Shown here: positions 4,651-7,950 of the stretch, piece by piece
Layout: each line of letters begins with the position of its first letter
Position numbering within the stretch: position 1 is the stretch's first letter
Virus record (IMG/VR): IMGVR_UViG_3300029508_000049
Span: 1 to 7,950 of that record
Length of the DNA: 7,950 bases
DNA from: a virus
Taxonomy: Duplodnaviria; Heunggongvirae; Uroviricota; Caudoviricetes
Reading direction: 5' to 3' (one strand)
Notes under the pieces: model-generated
Database searches by the model: none
Seen by the model: the letters and a program-made list of their open reading frames with translations, nothing else
What the model was told of the DNA's origin: nothing
Program-made: the position numbers and the translations under genes

Positions 4651-7600
4651 TCAGCTGATACTGATCCCTGCCGTGGATTTTTTCATGACCACAACCAGTA
4701 AATCACTGATGTACGTTGTCGGCGTCCAGTTGTTCGCACCGGCCGACGACACATTAAACGTCAGGGTGACATGACCCCGCCCTGCCGGCATATCTATCAC
4801 CGATGAGAACACCCGGCTGACATCAGTTGCCGGTTCATGGAAAATCTCAACCCCGTTCTTCAGCACCTGCAGCTTACAGGTGGAATACCAGTACGACTGC
4901 TGATTCGGGCTGTTGAAATTCTGGTGTTTCGTCCCGCGAAACAGTACCGGGGGAATGATGATCTGCCGGTCGAAGCCCTGGTCATCGTAAACTGTGACGG
5001 TTACCGTCCCGCTGGCATAACTGTTATTCCGGGGAAAGGCTTTCCCCACCGTCTTCACCAGGTCGCCTTCAATCTGGTTTGCAGACAGTTTCCCTCTGAT
5101 GACACAGTTCTCGTTAATGGTGACATTATTGAGCGTGCCGGTATTCGCGGTAATTGCTCCGCTGATATCCGCGTTCCTGGCTGTCAGCTTCCCTTCCGGC
5201 GTCAGGGAAAACGTCGGGGGGTTGCCGGATGACGTGATACTCACCGCAAACAGTCGCTTCAGGAACACGTCGTTCATGAACAGCTGATTCCCCTGCGCCA
5301 CAAATAACGGCGTGCTGTTGCCGTTCTCCGGATTTATCATCGCGATACGGTCAGCCAGCAGCAGTATGTTGCTCAGTGGCTGGCCATCAGTATCCTCAAT
5401 CCCTGCACCAATCCCGGCCACATAGGGAATGCCGTCTTTCGTTTTTTGAACCTTCAGCATGTACAGCGCAGCCAGGTCATCATTTGTGTCCTTCTGCACG
5501 CGCTGTATCTGCTGAATGGTGGCGCTCTGGTCTTCCAGCGTTTTACTGACCGTCTGTGTGATTTCATTGCGGGTTTCGGTGATGGTGGTCTTCATCTCCG
5601 CCATCTCATCCGCAAGCTGGCTGTTGTCTATCAGCTCCCACAGCCCCTGAGCCAGATGCAGTTTTCCTATTTTTTCCCGAAACAGCCCCAGATACCCTTC
5701 TGCATCATTGCTGGCCCGGCCACTGGCTTCCACAAAAGCAGATTTCCCCACCAGGTTGACGCTGCGCACGTAAAACCAGAAATCCTTCCCGGGCTTAATG
5801 TGCGGGCCGGATACACTCCACTGACTGCCGGTCCCCAGATAACGGGCAGAGGTTTCCACCTGAGATGTGTCTGCGATTTTTGCCTCCGAAAACCAGAATT
5901 CAAACTGTACCGTCGGATCATACACCGCCAGCACCGGTACCGCCGTTATCTGAAAATACCCCGGCGTCAGTTCAATGGTGGCGGGTACCGCAGGTGCATT
6001 AATCCTGAACGTGGTGGTGGCCGGTTCGCCCTGCTGGCCATAACTGTTAATTGCCCTGACTGTCAGGGTGTATTCCCCGAGCGGCAGACCACTGAAACGA
6101 TGCTCTGTATCCGCAGTGATGGCGGTGGTCACCAGACGGCTGTCTTCTCCGCTTCCGCTGGTCAGGCGCAGACTGAAGCGCACACCCTTCACCACCCGCG
6201 GCGTGTCCCATTTCGCCTGTGCCAGATACTGACCGTCAGCCGCGCTCACCTCCACCGTCAGGTGCTGCACTGCCGGTGGAATAACGCTGTTCAGGGTGCC
6301 TGACTGCGGCTCAAAGCTGGCCCCGTTATCCACGATGGCTTCTTTTTCCGGTACGTGCTGCACTGCCGTGATGGCAAAGGTGCCGTCCGTGTTTTCCCGG
6401 ATGGAGACACAGCGGAACAGGCGACGACGCAGTGACGGCAGGGAGAGTCCCCATACACCGTATGTCTCCACACCATCAGGCAGGGTGCTGACCTGTATCC
6501 GGTCCGGCGCGGGGTGTGCAGTGATGGCCACGCTCACCGGCTTACCGCTGCCGTTAATCAGGTTCACCGCCGATGTACCTGTCTCCGGCAGGGTAACCTC
6601 ACGGTCCAGCGTCAGGGTGCGGGTGGCAGCATCAATGGACAGGACACGTCCGCCGGTCATAGTCCCGGCATAGTCGTTATCACAGATTTCAATAATGTCA
6701 CCCGGTGTGTGACGCAGCCCCTGTGACCCGAGCGTGAAGTCCACCGTCTGCGTTTCCAGCAGTTCGGTCTTTATCACCCACAGACCTGCACGGTGAGCCT
6801 GACCGCGGCTGGTACAGCCAAACGCATCCATCTTCAGCAGATTGCGTCCGTAGCGCAGTATGGCTTCCGTGTCTTCCACCAGTTCCGTGGAGGTCTGCCA
6901 GCCGTTCTGCGGGTCGGTGTAATTCACCTCCACCGCCGTGTGCCGGTCCTTCAGGGCACTGAAGCTGTAGCGGAACCCCACGCCGTTATCATCCACCACC
7001 ACATCGCTGTTGGTGTACGGCCACACCACATCCGACGGGCGGTCCTGAACGAACGTCAGCGTCTGACCGTTCCATACCGGCATACAGCGCATCGCAGAGC
7101 AGAAATCACTGAGAACGTCCCACGCCTTACGCTGTTGTGCCAGGTACGCATTAAAGGTCATCCGCGGCTCTGTGCCCCCGAAACCATCCGGGACCGTCTG
7201 GTCGCAGTACTGCCCGATGGCATACAGCGCCCACTTGTCCACATCCGCCGCCCCCAGACGTTTTCCCATGCCGTAGCGCGGGTGAGTCAGCATGTCCCAC
7301 AGACACCAGGCCGGATTGTTGCTGTATGCCGGTTTCAGACTGCCGTCCCAGATACCACTGTACGTGCGTTTTTCCGGGTCATAGTTTGACGGCACCTGGA
7401 TGATGCGACCGCGGATATGGTAGTTCACCGTCATCTGCTGGCCGCCGAACTGCTCCGCATCCACCTGCAGCCCCACAATGGCCGTGTTCGGGTAGCACTG
7501 TTTCACATCGATGATTTCGGTGTATGACGACCACAGCGTCTTATTCTGCAGCTGGTCCGTGGTGCTGTCCGCCGTCTCCCTGACCATCCGGATGTTAAAG

Positions 7601-7950
7601 GGCCGGGGAGGCAGATTATCCAGAATCACCGAGGCCAGGAACTGTGAGGTGGTCTTGCCGTTAATGGTGACGTCCTTTTCTGTCACCCAGTTACCGTTAC
7701 GCTGTAACTGAATCAGCAGGCGGACGGATGCCGGGTTACGGTCACCCTTTGAGGTGGTCTCCACCAGTGACTGCACCCCGAAGGTAACCCGCAGGCGGTC
7801 AATGTTCGCGGACGTAATGGTGCGCGTCACCGGTTTTGCCTTCGTCACTTCCACGCCCAGTCCGGTTTCAGCTCCGGAGGACTCAAAGCCTTCCGGTGGT
7901 GTCTGCTCCTGCTCCCCGGCACGCCAGACCGCGGTCACACCGTGTATCAC
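4651..7950 (-). CDS. J: Host specificity / tail tip attachment protein J (central tail fibre), partial: N-terminus lies beyond the window end
   Basis: Uninterrupted 1099-codon minus-strand frame running to the window edge; stop TGA at 4651-4653. The translation matches lambda J as I recall it along its length (e.g. [144 protein letters not shown]). The window begins about 60 residues into the lambda protein, so the leading M in the ORF track is a GTG at the window edge, not the true start. GC about 58% on a hand-counted 60-nt sample (7261-7320). Confidence 0.95.
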   Translation of the reverse strand: MIHGVTAVWRAGEQEQTPPEGFESSGAETGLGVEVTKAKPVTRTITSANIDRLRVTFGVQSLVETTSKGDRNPASVRLLIQLQRNGNWVTEKDVTINGKTTSQFLASVILDNLPPRPFNIRMVRETADSTTDQLQNKTLWSSYTEIIDVKQCYPNTAIVGLQVDAEQFGGQQMTVNYHIRGRIIQVPSNYDPEKRTYSGIWDGSLKPAYSNNPAWCLWDMLTHPRYGMGKRLGAADVDKWALYAIGQYCDQTVPDGFGGTEPRMTFNAYLAQQRKAWDVLSDFCSAMRCMPVWNGQTLTFVQDRPSDVVWPYTNSDVVVDDNGVGFRYSFSALKDRHTAVEVNYTDPQNGWQTSTELVEDTEAILRYGRNLLKMDAFGCTSRGQAHRAGLWVIKTELLETQTVDFTLGSQGLRHTPGDIIEICDNDYAGTMTGGRVLSIDAATRTLTLDREVTLPETGTSAVNLINGSGKPVSVAITAHPAPDRIQVSTLPDGVETYGVWGLSLPSLRRRLFRCVSIRENTDGTFAITAVQHVPEKEAIVDNGASFEPQSGTLNSVIPPAVQHLTVEVSAADGQYLAQAKWDTPRVVKGVRFSLRLTSGSGEDSRLVTTAITADTEHRFSGLPLGEYTLTVRAINSYGQQGEPATTTFRINAPAVPATIELTPGYFQITAVPVLAVYDPTVQFEFWFSEAKIADTSQVETSARYLGTGSQWSVSGPHIKPGKDFWFYVRSVNLVGKSAFVEASGRASNDAEGYLGLFREKIGKLHLAQGLWELIDNSQLADEMAEMKTTITETRNEITQTVSKTLEDQSATIQQIQRVQKDTNDDLAALYMLKVQKTKDGIPYVAGIGAGIEDTDGQPLSNILLLADRIAMINPENGNSTPLFVAQGNQLFMNDVFLKRLFAVSITSSGNPPTFSLTPEGKLTARNADISGAITANTGTLNNVTINENCVIRGKLSANQIEGDLVKTVGKAFPRNNSYASGTVTVTVYDDQGFDRQIIIPPVLFRGTKHQNFNSPNQQSYWYSTCKLQVLKNGVEIFHEPATDVSRVFSSVIDMPAGRGHVTLTFNVSSAGANNWTPTTYISDLLVVVMKKSTAGISIS

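Noticed and set aside
4837-7711. Several plus-strand ORFs of 61-285 aa inside the J region (e.g. 5446..6303, 6793..7389, 6296..6673, 4837..5232)
   Set aside because: All are antisense to, or overlap, the well-supported J frame in high-GC DNA where long stop-free antisense frames arise by chance. Their translations are Arg/His/Pro-rich junk with no recognisable family.

Overview
This window reads as the distal tail / receptor-recognition end of a lambda-like (lambdoid) prophage from an enterobacterial host, with every gene on the minus strand. In transcription order (high to low coordinates) it holds: a 5'-truncated host-specificity / tip-attachment protein J (4651..7950); a Lom/Ail-family outer-membrane protein (3960..4583) bracketed by two intrinsic-terminator-like hairpins; a mosaic side tail fibre (1523..3895) with a lambda-Stf-like N-terminus, a tandemly repeated Ala/Ser/Thr/Lys-rich shaft and a low-GC distal domain; a translationally coupled 93-aa very acidic ORF of unknown function (1242..1523); and a 346-aa second fibre protein ending in a C-terminal intramolecular-chaperone (peptidase S74-type) domain (192..1232). 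A terminator and the start of a small hydrophobic ORF running off the window follow. The most interesting part is the low-GC three-gene receptor-binding cassette (fibre distal domain, acidic ORF, self-cleaving short fibre) grafted onto a lambda-like tail backbone. All homology statements are from reading the translations against remembered family features; no database search was possible.
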